Source: Takakia lepidozioides (taxonomy: Eukaryota; Plantae; Bryophyta). Taken from it: DNA of 64,000 nucleotides. The translations under genes were made by a program, and so were the position numbers. Location of the stretch: the NCBI GenBank assembly GCA_030704615.1, contig CM060733.1:12214001-12278000 (forward strand), given 5' to 3'. Of this stretch, positions 1 through 12,166 are shown in pieces (position 1 is the first letter of the stretch; each line of letters starts with the position of its first letter). The notes below the pieces were generated by a model. It was not told where the DNA came from. It saw only the letters and a program-made list of their open reading frames with translations, and made no database searches.

Positions 1-378
1 TTTTACCCTGGTGACTATGTTTATCTACAGCAGACTGCTCCAACGACCCTAGATGTGACTGCATGACGTGTTATTTTGAGGGTTCGAAAGGTATTGCCCT
101 CAAACGTCCTGATCTTGGAGGGTCGGATGGCATGACTTGGAAGGACCATGTGCGTAATTGTGCGCCATGTCACCTTCCGAATGTCGATGGCAGGATTGAC
201 CCAAACCTGACAGTGGTACTTGCAAGTTTGAGGTGCATGTTGTGTGGGTCTGCTAGAGGGGCAGCCATCATGATGGTGTGTGATCGATGCTCTAGAGATT
301 GACATATGGGATGCTTGACTCTACCTCTTCAGATGGTTCCTGATGGGGATTGGTTATGTCCGCATTGCATTGGATAGT
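1..378 (+). pseudogene. 3' end of a Ty3/gypsy pol: integrase C-terminal (GPY/F-type) region followed by a PHD finger; disrupted
   Basis: Manual translation with one frameshift: FYPGDYVYLQQTAPTTLDVTA*RVILRVRKVLPSNVLILEGR/DGMTWKDHVRNCAPCHLP...CMLCGSARGAAIMMVCDRCSRD*HMGCLTLPLQMVPDGDWLCPHC. This is a C4-H-C3 PHD pattern with the typical 'VPDGDWLCP' end. A PPT and LTR follow. Confidence 0.85.
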
Positions 379-634
379 GGGAGTGGATACAACCATGGAA
401 GGCTAACAAAAAATGCAAGGTCAAGCTACTAGGAGACCAATACACGAGATCTTCGCTCAAGTTCACAGATTGCAAGACGGCGACTAACGATGGGGCTACT
501 CTTGTACCCGGCCTCTTGGTCTATAGAGTTTGAGTACAATAGGGACCGTGATAGAGGACTTAGTACGGCTGTGGCTATTACATCTTGTAGCTATCTAGAG
601 TTAGAGGGACCTAACCATCAGCTAGGGGGGCGAT

Positions 635-1063
635 TGTGGCAGACTACTATGTGTGGTGTGGTTTGGACAGCGATGTAGTTGTGTAGCGATACGTATGTGC
701 ACGACAGCTGTCAAGTTAAATAAACACAGTGTGAAACTAACTAGAATAAATCTAGTTATTTGTATTTAACATTTAGAATTAGTTCAAGTGTTAAGTCAGG
801 TGTCAAGTTTAGCTTGACACTTAAATCATCTTATCTTCACGAGCTCGTCAGTCGTGCGGCTCATCTCTCTCGAGTTGAGCCTGCACGACTGAGCTCCATC
901 GTTGCTTAACATCTGAGTGTACTTATGGAGGGAGAGTAGGATGTTGTGAGGTGGAGTCCCCATAGCTTGGGGTGCCCCTGGCTCGACACTTATTTTAAAG
1001 AGTGATTGTGTTGTATTTCGTGTTTTTGTGTCAACAAACAGCGTGAGTTTAGTTTTCATATTA
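635..1063 (+). repeat. 3' LTR of the PHD-bearing gypsy element ('LTR-P'), preceded by a PPT
   Basis: Purine tract AGGGGGGCGAT (624-634), then TGTGG. Ends CATATTA here and CATATCA in the inverted copy. 705-1063 is highly similar to 26025-26382 reverse-complemented. Confidence 0.7.
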
Positions 1064-1064
1064 T

Positions 1065-1147
1065 TGTGGTAGACTACTTTATTGTGCATATATGTGTGGT
1101 GTGGTTTGGACAGCGATATAGTTGTGTAGCGATACGTATGCGCACGA
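1065..1147 (+). repeat. Second copy of the first ~70-80 bp of LTR-P, joined directly to the LTR-P end
   Basis: tgtggtagactac...gatacgtatgcgcacga duplicates 635-704 (tgtggcagactac...gatacgtatgtgcacga) with a short internal insertion. Confidence 0.85.
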
Positions 1148-4118
1148 TACGGGACTTGAGGATGGGGGTTAAATCACAGTTCCACTTGTACAATGGACTG
1201 CTCCGGTACAAGCAAAAGCGCCTCTACGTGCCGAAGGGATGGATCAGAGAGATTCTCTTGAGAGAATGTCACGATGGCCCGCTTTCGGGCCACAGTGGAG
1301 CCAAACGCACCGCAACACTCTTGAAGAAAAAATATTTCTGGCCCAAACTGAGGGAGGAGGCCGAGAAGTATGTCAAGACATACACCACATACCAACAAAA
1401 CCGGAGCGAGTACAAAAAACAAGCGGGGCTGTTACAACCCTTGCCGATTCCAGATGGGTCTTGATGTGTCTCGGGAAAGTGTCTCGATGGATTTCATAAC
1501 TGCTATGCCGCTGTCAAAAGGATTCGATGCAATCATGGAGGTGGTGGATAGGTTCAGTAAAATGGGTCATTTCATTCCCACCAAAGAGACGGCAACGGCG
1601 CAGGAGACGAGGCGACTTTACTTCGCCCACGTCTTCAAGCATCATGGACTCCCGAAGGATATTGTCTCGGACCACAATCCAAAGTTTACAAGTAAATTTT
1701 GGAAGGCACTTTGGAAGAAAATGGGGACGAGGCTGAAGATGAGCACCGCCTTCCGACCTACGACGGACGGCCAAACCGAAAAAGTCAATTTTTTTGGTGA
1801 AGCAGATCTTGCGGAATTATGTGTCGGTAGACCAATCAGACTGGGTGGAGCACTTAGATGCGGCAGAGTTCTGTTATAATAACACAAAATACTCCGCAGC
1901 AAGAGTTTCCCCTTTTGTATTGGTCTATGGAAAAGCACCTCTGGTGCCGACAAGTTGGGCCGCCCAGGACATTGCGGAACCGGCAGCAGCGGCGGTGCCG
2001 GAAGAACGTGAGCGTTTGTTGGAGCTCACAAAGTACAACATTGTCAAAGCTAGGAAACGGTATGAACGGCAGATGAATCGGAAGCGGAGGGAAGTTAAGT
2101 TTGAGGCAGGCACAGAGGTCTGGTTGAACATCAAGAATTTTCGACTACCTCCAGAAGTGAGTCCGAAGTTTGTACCTCCGTATGCGGGGCCCTTTCACAT
2201 CCGGAAGGTTATGAATGAGGATATGTATGAATTGGAGCTGCCGGCAAACAGCAAGGTGCATCCAGTATTCCATGTCTCCTTTTTGTAGCCTTACTTCAAA
2301 GATGAAGCACGTCTGAATCGGTGCTTAAGACGAGGAGGTTCAAGAATCAAGAAACGGAGTATCTCGTGAAATAGAAAGGCTATCATCAAGTTGAGGCAAC
2401 TTGGGTGCGTGCCTCAGAAATGGGAAACGCATCCGAGGCGGTTGCAGCTATCGAAAGGCGACCTCAAAAGCGGAAGAAGCGTTGATGGGGACATCAACCT
2501 TGGATCGTGGGGGAGGAAATGCATGTTTAGCTCGGCTTAGCTAGCTCAGGAATCCGATTGCAAAAACTTGTGTTGTACAAATTTTGTTTATAAATGAAAT
2601 GGTTTCCAAATGTTGTGCTTCTTATTTTGTTTGGAATGGTGATGCATGGTATGGTTGGCTAGTGTGTAGAATGCATGCTAGCTTACAAAAGTGGGAGAGG
2701 TAAATTGGATTAATCGTGTGTTTGCGCAGTGCCGAAATCGGGTGACTCCCATCCAAGGAGCAAGGAAACTTACGCCTTCTTTGGGAGTTCACGTGCTAGT
2801 GCGCACCTGGCGTGTGCGCGTACTATAACTGTGCTACCGAGGGGGTTGTCTTGTAGTGCGGATTAACGCGGAAGCTACGTGCTTCTGTTCACGTACTATA
2901 TCGTGTAACCTCGGGACGAAGTCGTAGTGCGGCTTCGGCGTATTTCCGTACCTCAGGCCAGCATTCCAAGGCAGACCCAATTGTAGTAATTAGGGTGCGC
3001 AATTGATTCAAGGTTATCTTCTTAGTCAAAAAAAATTCAAGGTGAACCCTTGCTCAAAGTGATACCAAAAGCGGCATCATGAGCGATCGCAAACAATGTT
3101 GTTGCAGTAAGGCGATTCGATCCTCGGGAATGATCGTTCATTGGCCTTGAAGTGGGCCAAGAAGAGTGCACTAGGTGGAGCTTGAGAGGCTCCACCCTTG
3201 GCCGGGACTTGGAGGAAGTCGGCCGAACTAGCTAGTGGAGAGTTGAGTCAAGTGGGGGTTTGGTTTTTTGTCATGGGACGCCATGGTACGGAAACAAACT
3301 CCTTGATGTGGGACGCCACAACTTGGATGTTCGTTTCTACAAAATGGACAAGTCGATGAGGACATCGTCTTCCTGTTGGTAGGGGTGTGTGTCGCGGCCC
3401 TTCGCCTTGAGGGCAGGGGGGTAGGGACACAAGAGGGGCTGCCCCTATGGTGGGGGCAATGGCAACAATAGATACGGGGGCTGAAGCACCCTTGAGTGTC
3501 TAAGGCACTCGAGGAGGCGGAGACGATCACTAGGTGGAACCCCGCACACCGGGTTGCGGTAGGGGTGGTTCCACGAGGGCAGGTGGTAGCTTAGTGGGAC
3601 TTAGTGGGGGTGACATAGGACTCACCATGGGGCGAAGACCTTGTGGTGGGAGTCGTGGGGAGTCTTGGGACTCATCACGGTCCATTGGGGCCGTGGTGGG
3701 TGGGCCAAGACTCACCGCAACTCACCACCGGGAATGGAGGGTCTTCGTGATGGTTCGCCATAAAAGGATGGTATTGTTTGTGAAACCCCCGCGGACAGTC
3801 ACAGAAGTATATATAGGGAGTAATAACCCCGAGAACGGTGCAAGCCCGTTGGTGACCAAAAACTAGTGAGTAAGCGTGCGAGCCGGAAAGCGACCAAGAT
3901 GTGGGGAGCTGTTCCGGACTGCCAACAACCAAAGGGAATTTCCATTAGGCCCAAATTGAGAGAGGGTCTTGTGGAGGAGTAAAGGGGGACCGTTATGTCC
4001 CGGTGAGCAGCCGAAGCTCCGAGTTGGCCCGACGGCCAGTTTGGGAGTTAGGCGGCGCGCGCATCAAAGCGAGTAACTATGACTTGAAGGGGAGTTTACC
4101 GAAGTGAGGTGCGCGACA
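1146..4118 (+). mobile_element. 3' half of chromovirus-type Ty3/gypsy element (family A): integrase + chromodomain, 3' UTR, PPT, 3' LTR
   Basis: HHCC region (ECHDGPLSGHSG), rve core (SMDFITAMP, DIVSDHNPKF, TTDGQTEK), GPF motif (YAGPFHI) and chromodomain (EYLVK*KGYHQVEATW) ending at 2485, with frameshifts and stops. LTR 3390-4118 is followed by GTTTT. Confidence 0.92.
3390..4118 (+). repeat. Family-A LTR (~730 bp), 3' LTR
   Basis: Termini TGTCGCG...CGCGACA; PPT-like GGTAGGGGTGTG just upstream; homologous to 36804-37527, 48048-48753 and 60825-61545. Confidence 0.95.
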
Positions 4119-4343
4119 GTTTTACATAACAACTTCAAAATCCCCATCCCTCCTATTCACAAATGTTTCAAAGAAATCCACCTCACGGCCCTCCGATCCC
4201 TCACATCTATTATTACCAACAAACAGCAACTGGAATCCAACTCTGCGTCGGTACTCTAGGTTCCTCTGGGTACCCGGGGTACCATTGGTACCTCTCTAAC
4301 CTCGGCTACCTGGTGTCCCACATGACACCTATCTGTACTTATA

Positions 4344-4586
4344 GGACCCACCCCGAAAAGGCGCAGTAGCCACAACGTGAAGTGGCTCTTAGTTACGCCG
4401 GCTTAGGCCGGAGTTTTTTCTCTCTCAGCTATGGCGATGATCGAGGCCTGGGGAGGCTCGACTATAAGAAGATTGAGGCCTCGCGAGCCTCCTTGTGAGA
4501 TAACCTAGAGAAAGAAGAAGACTCCGGCCGGCGTAACTAAGAGCCATTTCGCCTCACTGCTACTGCCCCTTTTCTGGGGTGGGCCC
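4344..4586. mobile_element. Foldback/MITE-like element with ~80-bp imperfect terminal inverted repeats
   Basis: cccaccccgaaaaggcgcagtagc...gtggctcttagttacgccggc is the near reverse complement of gccggcgtaactaagagccat...gctactgccccttttctggggtggg. TSD unclear. Confidence 0.65.
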
Positions 4587-5491
4587 TTTCGGTGAAATAA
4601 CCCACTTTCTTACTTGTTTAAAGTTCCCAACAAAATCACTCCGATTATTTGCAGTTTCTTTTCAGACGATCTTTCTTCTGTCTTGCATTCCAAACCCAAT
4701 TCATTTGCTAGCTCTTGGATTACAAAGGGTGATGTTATCGCCTCCTCTTTCATGACCGACTTAGAGTTACTTCTGGTTCTTCGGTTCATGCCTTCACAAA
4801 TTATTGGGTGCCTCGCAAACTTGTTTCGTCAACGTCTTGCCAATTATGATGTTATCGAAAGTTTGCATGGATACTCCGGGTCTTGCTAACCTTCGCTGGA
4901 TGTCAGGCTCTTGCATCCCTAACGATGTGGGCACTCCAGTAAGCAGACCCTATTTGTCTTCAGTCTTCGAATCCAAGCTAAAATTGATGCACGCCATGGC
5001 AAACTCCCAAGGCAATCTAGAGCGAGGGGTCCGGTCAGAGGCATCTGTAGTATCTCATGAGGCAGCCAATATCATGGAGGTGTCTATCCCCGATCCCGCC
5101 TCTCAGCAGGAGGTGTCTTCTCCAACCTTGGCTCTGGCTCCGATCAATTTGACCATTCCTTCTCCTCCCCCGGTGATCCGCACGTTAGATCTCTCATCTT
5201 TCACCTTTTACTTGGTGCGCCTCAATGATTTCTTCCTCCTTCTCGTTTTTTCTTTACATGGTTGTTTCTTCTTGTGTTCGAACTTCTTTACCTTCTCTTG
5301 CAGCTGGTGTTCAACTTCCCTTTCTTATTCTGCTTCCATCCACTACATTTTGTATTCCTCTCCGCTCAAATTGCTCCTCGCACCTTGCAGGATGCTTGCC
5401 TCTATCATTCATCTATTTCGTATGTTGATCTTCGTCTGGTTCCCTCAGCTATCAAATCCTGGCTTCGTGATGGGCTGTCATCAAGATCCCA

Positions 5492-5940
5492 CATGACCTG
5501 GTCCCTTTTTTCTTGGAATATTAGGGGAGTTGGTTCTGATGCAACGGTCCCCAAACGTCGTCGTATCCATAGATGGTCCTCTTCCCTAATCTCTCAAGAC
5601 TCCATTATCTTCTTGCAAGAGCAGAAGTCGGATGAAAAAAAAAATCAATCTCTAGGACATTTTTTCTGGGATCCAAAGGTAGCCTTTTGGAACTCCACTA
5701 TCGTGTATTCAAGAGGGGGCACTGCCATTCTTCTTTCTGGTTCCATCTCTAGCTTCTTTTCTAGTGTCGCCATATGGGAACGTGATAGAGCTCAACCTGT
5801 CTTCAGCTCTCCCATTTCCCCTTTGGAGACTGGCTTTATTGATATTTCCACTCATAATCAAGCTTCGGATAGAGCGATCTTCTGGTCTATGCTCCGCCAA
5901 AAGATTTTGGATCATCCTCATTGGGTCTTGGCCAGTGATT
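5492..5940 (+). pseudogene. L1-type LINE ORF2 AP-endonuclease fragment
   Basis: SWNIRGVG, IIFLQEQK, SRGGTAILLS and HWVLASD match APE motifs (SWNxRG, LQETK, GGxAIL, GDFN region). Truncated, no RT. Confidence 0.75.
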
Positions 5941-6854
5941 TGTGGTGTACATACCGGAAGATCTAAAAGTTCTGTTTGAGAAGCTTCAGAGACAGCTCAC
6001 ATAAGGGCAACAGAAAGGCAGTCTTGTGTGTTGCAAAAGTCACCTACTTCCTTTCAGCTCAATACACTGTCTACAAAGGGACGGTAGGTTGACAAACAAA
6101 CTCAGTAATACACAGCTGCAAGATGGGTAACTTTTTGAGGCCAACCACAATTTGAAAACATTACCCTTCACGTAAAAGATAAATGGGCAACTGTATGAGA
6201 CTGTCCTTTTAAAGCCAAATCCACCAATGCAGCTGAAGGAACAGGGTAGTTGATCTCCAGTCTTTGTTTTGAGCCAGTGCCTCTTCAGCTGTCTCAAACT
6301 CTCTTTCATGGATTCCAGACAGATCTTGCACCAGTCCAAGTTAAAACCTAAACTTGTCTAACATAGAGAGTGCAGTCTTGACATTGTGGTGTCAATCACA
6401 AAATTTCATTGGAGTATCCAGTAAGGAAAATGAAATTGCAGAATCTGAGCAGGGTGAGTGACTGAGCTCCGTAACAGGGCAGTCGGTTTGAATACTCAGA
6501 GGAAGGCCTGAAATACTCCCATTCCAGGGCTGCTTTCCGGTGTGAGGAGACTTCCTCTGCGAGGATGATGGCCTTCTAGATAAATGCGATTCTAAGGTAG
6601 CGTCCGCAGGTTCAAATGTAGCATTCTCGGGCTTAATCCAGTAAATTTCTGCATAAAATGATACATCTTTGCCTAATAAGGCTTTCATTTGTTCTTCAGT
6701 TTCACAACAGGTCTCCATGATAAAATCCTGACAATTCGAAGAGATAGACAATGCTTGACAAGAAAGTAATCTAGCTGCGCACCCACAGATCTTGACACCC
6801 TTTCACATCCTCATTTGCTCGAAAAGACAAAGTCTGCCAAAGAAAACACACTCT

Positions 6855-8218
6855 TCAATACCGACGTCTGACAGGACTCCGTGATCTGTGGCCCCCGCGA
6901 GGTGACCTGCAATGACCAAAAGGAACAATACTAGGAGGTCAGCACCATTGATTGGCTTCAAGCATAAGGAGAGGACACCAAGTTGCCCTCCACTGTAACA
7001 AAGACATCCATCCCTATGTAGATACACACAACAGACCTGGGAGTTAAATGACTAAGAGGGCCTCAAGATACTGCCATGCATGTGCACTCAGTCAGTGACT
7101 ACAGGAGTTCCTGATTATAATAGGGTATGCCTCTGCATGCACTAGACAGATGCTGGGTCAGGGTATCATATTATAATAAATCAGGCTAGACCTCTCACCT
7201 TCTGCGAACATTGCGCCGGCGAAGGGGGCCACTGCTGAAGGCCCAGTTCACAGAAATAGTTTGTGTGAGCAGCTGTTTCCCATTGAGGTTATCAATCGCT
7301 GCCTGTGCCTCGTTCTTCGTCTCATACTCAATCAATGCATAACCCTAGAAAGAAAGCCACACATGGCCCTGGATTAGAAGTACACAACAGATCTTGAAAC
7401 AAATTCACCGCTGAAGATGCTGAACTTAAGAATCCCGGCGTTTTTCCAAACTATCTTGCAGCTAAAGAATGTACTCAACTCGAACAACCGCCCTTCTCTC
7501 CTAGTGAGAAGGTTGATGAAATGATGAAATATACAGACCTTGACAAACCCAGTTCGACGATCGAGATTGAGGTGCAAGTTCTTGATCTCTCCATATTCGG
7601 AAAAGTTCTCGTGGAGGTCATCCTCCTGGGCTTCTTCATGGACACCCGTTATCAAAATTATCCAACCCTCTACCGCTGTTGCCCTTTTTGTCAAGGACCT
7701 CAAGACAATGAACCAACAATACAGATGAAAACGCTATCACTACCCACAACGAAGGATTGCAATCCCAACAGTATCAAGGTGCTTAGGTTAACTATAACTC
7801 TTACTCGGTCTCCCTTGCAGCAGCATCAGTAACCCACCACTATCAAGGCCTTGCCCGAATCAGCACGCCAAAGTATACTCCTAACTGCCATAAAATCTCC
7901 TTGGAAAAAAAATTGACATGAATGGATACAGCGCTGAGGGCCAGGCCCACCCCCTGAATCCAATGACTCGAACTCTTTGGCAGCATAGCGATTTGCTCGG
8001 TCCAAGTCGGCTTCCTCTCGAAACCCTCTCCCCTTTGTCTTCCTTCCTGCAGCCCCTGGACCGCCAAGGGAAGCTCCCACCCCACCGGTAGTTATGGTGG
8101 ACTTGAGCTTGGGGGCTGGTGCAGGCACAGCATCCATATCGTCCATGGGAACATCGTCGTCTAAGAGATCATCTTCTTCTGGCTCGAAATCCACAGCATC
8201 GACCTCTGCCGTTGTCAT
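6855..8218 (-). CDS. RBM8A: RNA-binding protein Y14 / RBM8A (exon junction complex); 4 coding exons 8218-7930, 7675-7539, 7344-7199, 6906-6855
   Basis: Spliced with GT-AG introns: [18 protein letters not shown]...KTKGRGFRE...[60 protein letters not shown]...[34 protein letters not shown]. Diagnostic plant Y14 RRM; frame intact. Confidence 0.97.
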
Positions 8219-8340
8219 TGTCACCTTCTCAACTGGTCCTTCGCACTCACTGAATTATTCCGAACGAAGTAATCTGACAGCAATGGACGCGGGACAAACA
8301 CACATACACAACACAAGGCCAGGCTCAACACAGGAAGCAA

Positions 8341-8355
8341 GTTTAGGGTTTAGGG
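8341..8355 (-). promoter_or_regulatory. Telo-box-like motif (AAACCCTA) upstream of Y14
   Basis: gtttagggtttaggg about 120 bp 5' of the ATG; telo-boxes are common near plant RNA-processing and translation gene starts. Confidence 0.5.
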
Positions 8356-9121
8356 CGTGCAGCGAGCCAAGCGATGGATGCACTCGCTAACCACGTCCTC
8401 CACCTGGATTTTCATTGTCATTTTTCTTCGTGAGAGGATAGTAGAAACACATATAAGTTATGTCAAACTATCTAACATTTTAATTATTAATATATATATT
8501 TTTAATCTTGAAGGAAGGTTTTTTTTTTGTTTTTTTTTTGGGAAGTTTGGACGTCACTGAGTTTGGGCATGAAGTAACAATTATTGTTCTTACCCCCCAA
8601 AAGCCTTCCCCCTCATCTATTTTTCGCCTTAGATGAATGGAGGGCGCAGGATGTAAAAGGGATGGATGGAGTTAGGATGTAGTCTGGATGAACTTCTACC
8701 TAATGCATGAGGATGGGTTGGCAGCAGCTTACGGCTTTATTATATGATGTCTTATTCTAACAGCTAGTTTAGGATTAGATTAGGATGGAACTGGATGATG
8801 TGGCTTTTTTCTATGGTCAAGTTGGAACGATATCTGGCTGGCCTGTGTGTAAGTGCCATGCGGCACAAGGATTAGATTGACCTAATGTTATTTAAGCTAC
8901 ATTGTCGTGGCAGTGAGGGTGGTGGTTTTGCTCTAATGTTTGTACGAATACGGAGTGATGGCGTGTTCAAGTGCTAGCATGAACACTGTGTGAATGTTTG
9001 AGTCTGTCGCGTCCTCTGCGTGAGATTCCATCTTCTCTGCCTGGCCCGTCTACTGACTACATTCCCTTGATAAAGCTGAACCCGGTAGAGGAAGGAGAAT
9101 AAACCCATAGCGTCGGAATCG

Positions 9122-9136
9122 TGGTGGAGATGCGGG
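9122..9136 (+). promoter_or_regulatory. Primer-binding site complementary to the tRNA-Ala 3' end
   Basis: TGGTGGAGATGCGGG immediately after the 5' LTR; complement of ...CCCGCATCTCCACCA. Confidence 0.7.
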
Positions 9137-11721
9137 TTACCTAGAAGTCGTTAACAGAGAATGTGCCTAGTACGAAACACCTAAGGCAGTAGATTGCGTA
9201 CGGGGATCTGGCATGATTGAGGGGAGAGGTGATAGCAAAATGGCGGCTTGTATGTCATGCACAGTAAAGGAGAGAGAAGGTCTGAGTGCTAGAGCTATCC
9301 TGCGTTTAGAGAGTTTCGTGAGCAAACACTATGGCGTCCAGCTCTGAGCGCGGTTGGTTTGAGCTTGATCAGTTTGAGGTTCTGCGTATGCGACAAACCC
9401 AGGCATTGGAATCACGTTACATTTGCGAGCTCGCCCACAATTTGCTTCCTGAACATATTGTGTTTGTAGATTATCCGGAAGGAGAGCATCTCCCTCGTCC
9501 TAAGCTTCCGTTGGATACACCCTCCGAGTTCTGGGCTAAGACGTTTGAGGAGACTGCCCGTAAGGAGGCCTCCAAACCAATCCACACCAAAGCTGAACAA
9601 AAAGAACAAAGTCGCCATATTCAAGAGCCTCTTCAAGGGGCTTATGCTTCCCGCCTCCCTTAGTTGGGCTGTGTTGGGCATCCCACAGTTTTCTGTGAGT
9701 CAGAAATTGGGTGTTGAACTTGAGACTTTCTGCCGCCTGGGAAGCCGAGCCCTCTGCGATTGTGGGAACTGGTTAAGGGCGAGACCTCCATCCTTCTTGC
9801 TAATTTGAGGCCTAGAATTCCTCCTCCCCCTACTCAAGATCCCACTTGGGAAGAGCTAATCACCGGCATTGCAAACCCTGATTTTCCTTTTTGTCCCAGT
9901 GATGTGTTGGTCTTTCCAGGGATCTGCTTTCGCCGGGAAACGATTGGATTGTACAGCCAGAAGCTGCGAAGAGCTACCCTGCTCACAGTTTTTTGGTAAA
10001 AGAAAAGGTAGTTCGCAGCATTGTTCGGGTCATGTTTTGGCTCAAGAGTGAGGACGAAGTGTGGCAATTCTTGGGTGAGGGAGTGTACCTGCTACACAAG
10101 CATCGCTTCATCACCTCCCACTGTGTGACCGGGTGGGACTCAAAGCTCAGTGCCCCTTCAGACAGGACGTAGTGGGTTCTCTTCCTCATGCCTATTTTCA
10201 CAAGATCTATGCTAGAAAAAGAAGCAGAAGAAACAATGGGGCTGAGTGAATTGGAACAACGTGCAGTGGAGGAGAGGGAAGAGACAACAGCTAATGAACA
10301 AAAGAACTTTGAGAGGGGAGAGTCGTTCGGGGATTTCAAACAGAAGAACCCGGCGACTGAGTCTCCACCCACATTTGATGTGGAGGAACTGTGCGAAGCC
10401 ATGGGGGTGATTTCTAATTGCCCCCCTCTCATGAAAATGTTGTTGAAACAAACGGAGGTCTCCGACACTCCAACTCGGAAGTCCGAGCCTGACGAGCGAA
10501 TGCACAAGTAGCAATACCCTGAATTCAACTTAGGGGAAGATTTTGAATCGTTCTTGGAGTTGTTTGAGATTAGTACCGAGATGAATGGTGTTCCGCCTAG
10601 GTTTCAAGTCAAGTCCTTCTGGATTTGTCTCAAAGGAGAGGCCAGAAAGTTGTTTGAATCCAACATCAAGGACAAAGCTGATATTACCTGGATAGAAACA
10701 AGGGAGTTGGCTCGCAAGCTGTTTCGTGAAGAACAGCCCATAGCTTAGTACACCACTCCAGACTTGAAATTCCACTATGGTGACAGTGTTTGGAAGTACT
10801 ACTCTGAGTTAAGGACTGCAATTTGTAAGTCAGTCCTAATTGCCTCTGAAAGACCACGTATTTTGAAACATTGCTTTGTGAAAGGTCTTCCCCCTGCTGA
10901 GAAAGTGTTTCTTCAAAAGCAAATTTATACTACTGAAGATGAGATGGTGGAATTAATTGAAGAGAGACTCCGCCTCAAAGTTGCCAAGACAGACTTATCT
11001 AAAGCCACCACTGCAAAACACACGCATCTTGCTAGTGACAGTAAACATGTAGGGCATACTGATGGGGACACCTTGGGGTGAAAGGTATTGCGGAAGATCT
11101 AGTTCCTTCCATTGTGCATGAGTTGTCATCTTTTCGTAATGAAATCTAGGGAGAACTCCAAGCCTTCAAAGCTGAGGTAGGCTGGAACTCTGCTATCCCT
11201 GCCAAGACTGGGTCTCAAGGTAAGACTAATGTTGGAATTCGTCATGAAGCCAAGCCTTTTGTGGTGGCATGCATGATCTGCAAGTCCACAAAGCATTACA
11301 CCAGATGGTGCCTTGTTTGACTTACCTGCCCTTATTGAACAATTGCAAAAGGACAAGAAGCAGAAGGGCACTTTAAACGAACCAGGTCATCTGTGAGGGT
11401 GCCAGATAACCATGGTAAGAGCCCCGAGACTCTGGTAAGTGTCATTTTCTCTCGTGATTTCAAACTCATGCACTGTGAAGTCTTTAAACGCATTAGTAGA
11501 GAACGGATTCACCCATTGATGACCCAATGTCATGTGGGAGACCTTTCATTTCCTTGTGTTATTGATACAGGATGCACCATGTCTGCTATCCCTCTTAGTA
11601 CAGTTCGAATTCTTGGATTGAAGCTTAGCTCTACCCATGGCCTTGAAGTCACCATTGCCGATGGCACGGCCTATGAACCCATGGGATTGAGTATTTTGCC
11701 TATTTGTATCAGTGGAAAGAC

Positions 11722-12133
11722 CCTGGGGGGTGCACTCTTTATAAAATGTGCGTATCAGGTGCATTCGCCGGCTAATAAAAAAAACCCCATGTATATGGGT
11801 CCTGGGATAATTTATACCCCCTCTGTACATACTTTTTGAAGATTATAAAACCCTCTCCTGTAAATATTTAAAAAACACCCCCATTCTGTATGTATATTCC
11901 CATTTTCAATCATTAAAAATACCCTCAAATATGTATATGTATGTCTTTATATTATATCAAATACATTCATTTAAAAACAGACCTCGGCCGGTAGGTCCAA
12001 ATTTTATGAAACCAAGTTGGTGCATCCCTACTCATTGAGGGCTTTCCAACGGTACCAAAATCGTGGCTAGAAGCCCTGCAGTTTGGAAGATCTCAGGGAT
12101 CCTACAAACAATATTGTGTTAATGTCATATTTG

Positions 12134-12166
<33 letters not shown>

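Noticed and set aside
3052-3067. Antisense PBS (TGGTATCA on -)
   Set aside because: Only an 8-nt match, with no adjacent LTR end on that strand.
3534-3932. Recurrent ORFs (MEPRTPGCG..., MSLGPPTT...) also at ~37050-37390, ~48230-48610 and ~60960-61360
   Set aside because: They lie inside family-A LTRs and are frameshifted differently between copies; recurrence reflects the repeat, not a gene.
6040-6751. ORFs downstream of Y14
   Set aside because: No recognisable motifs; probably 3' UTR or intergenic sequence.
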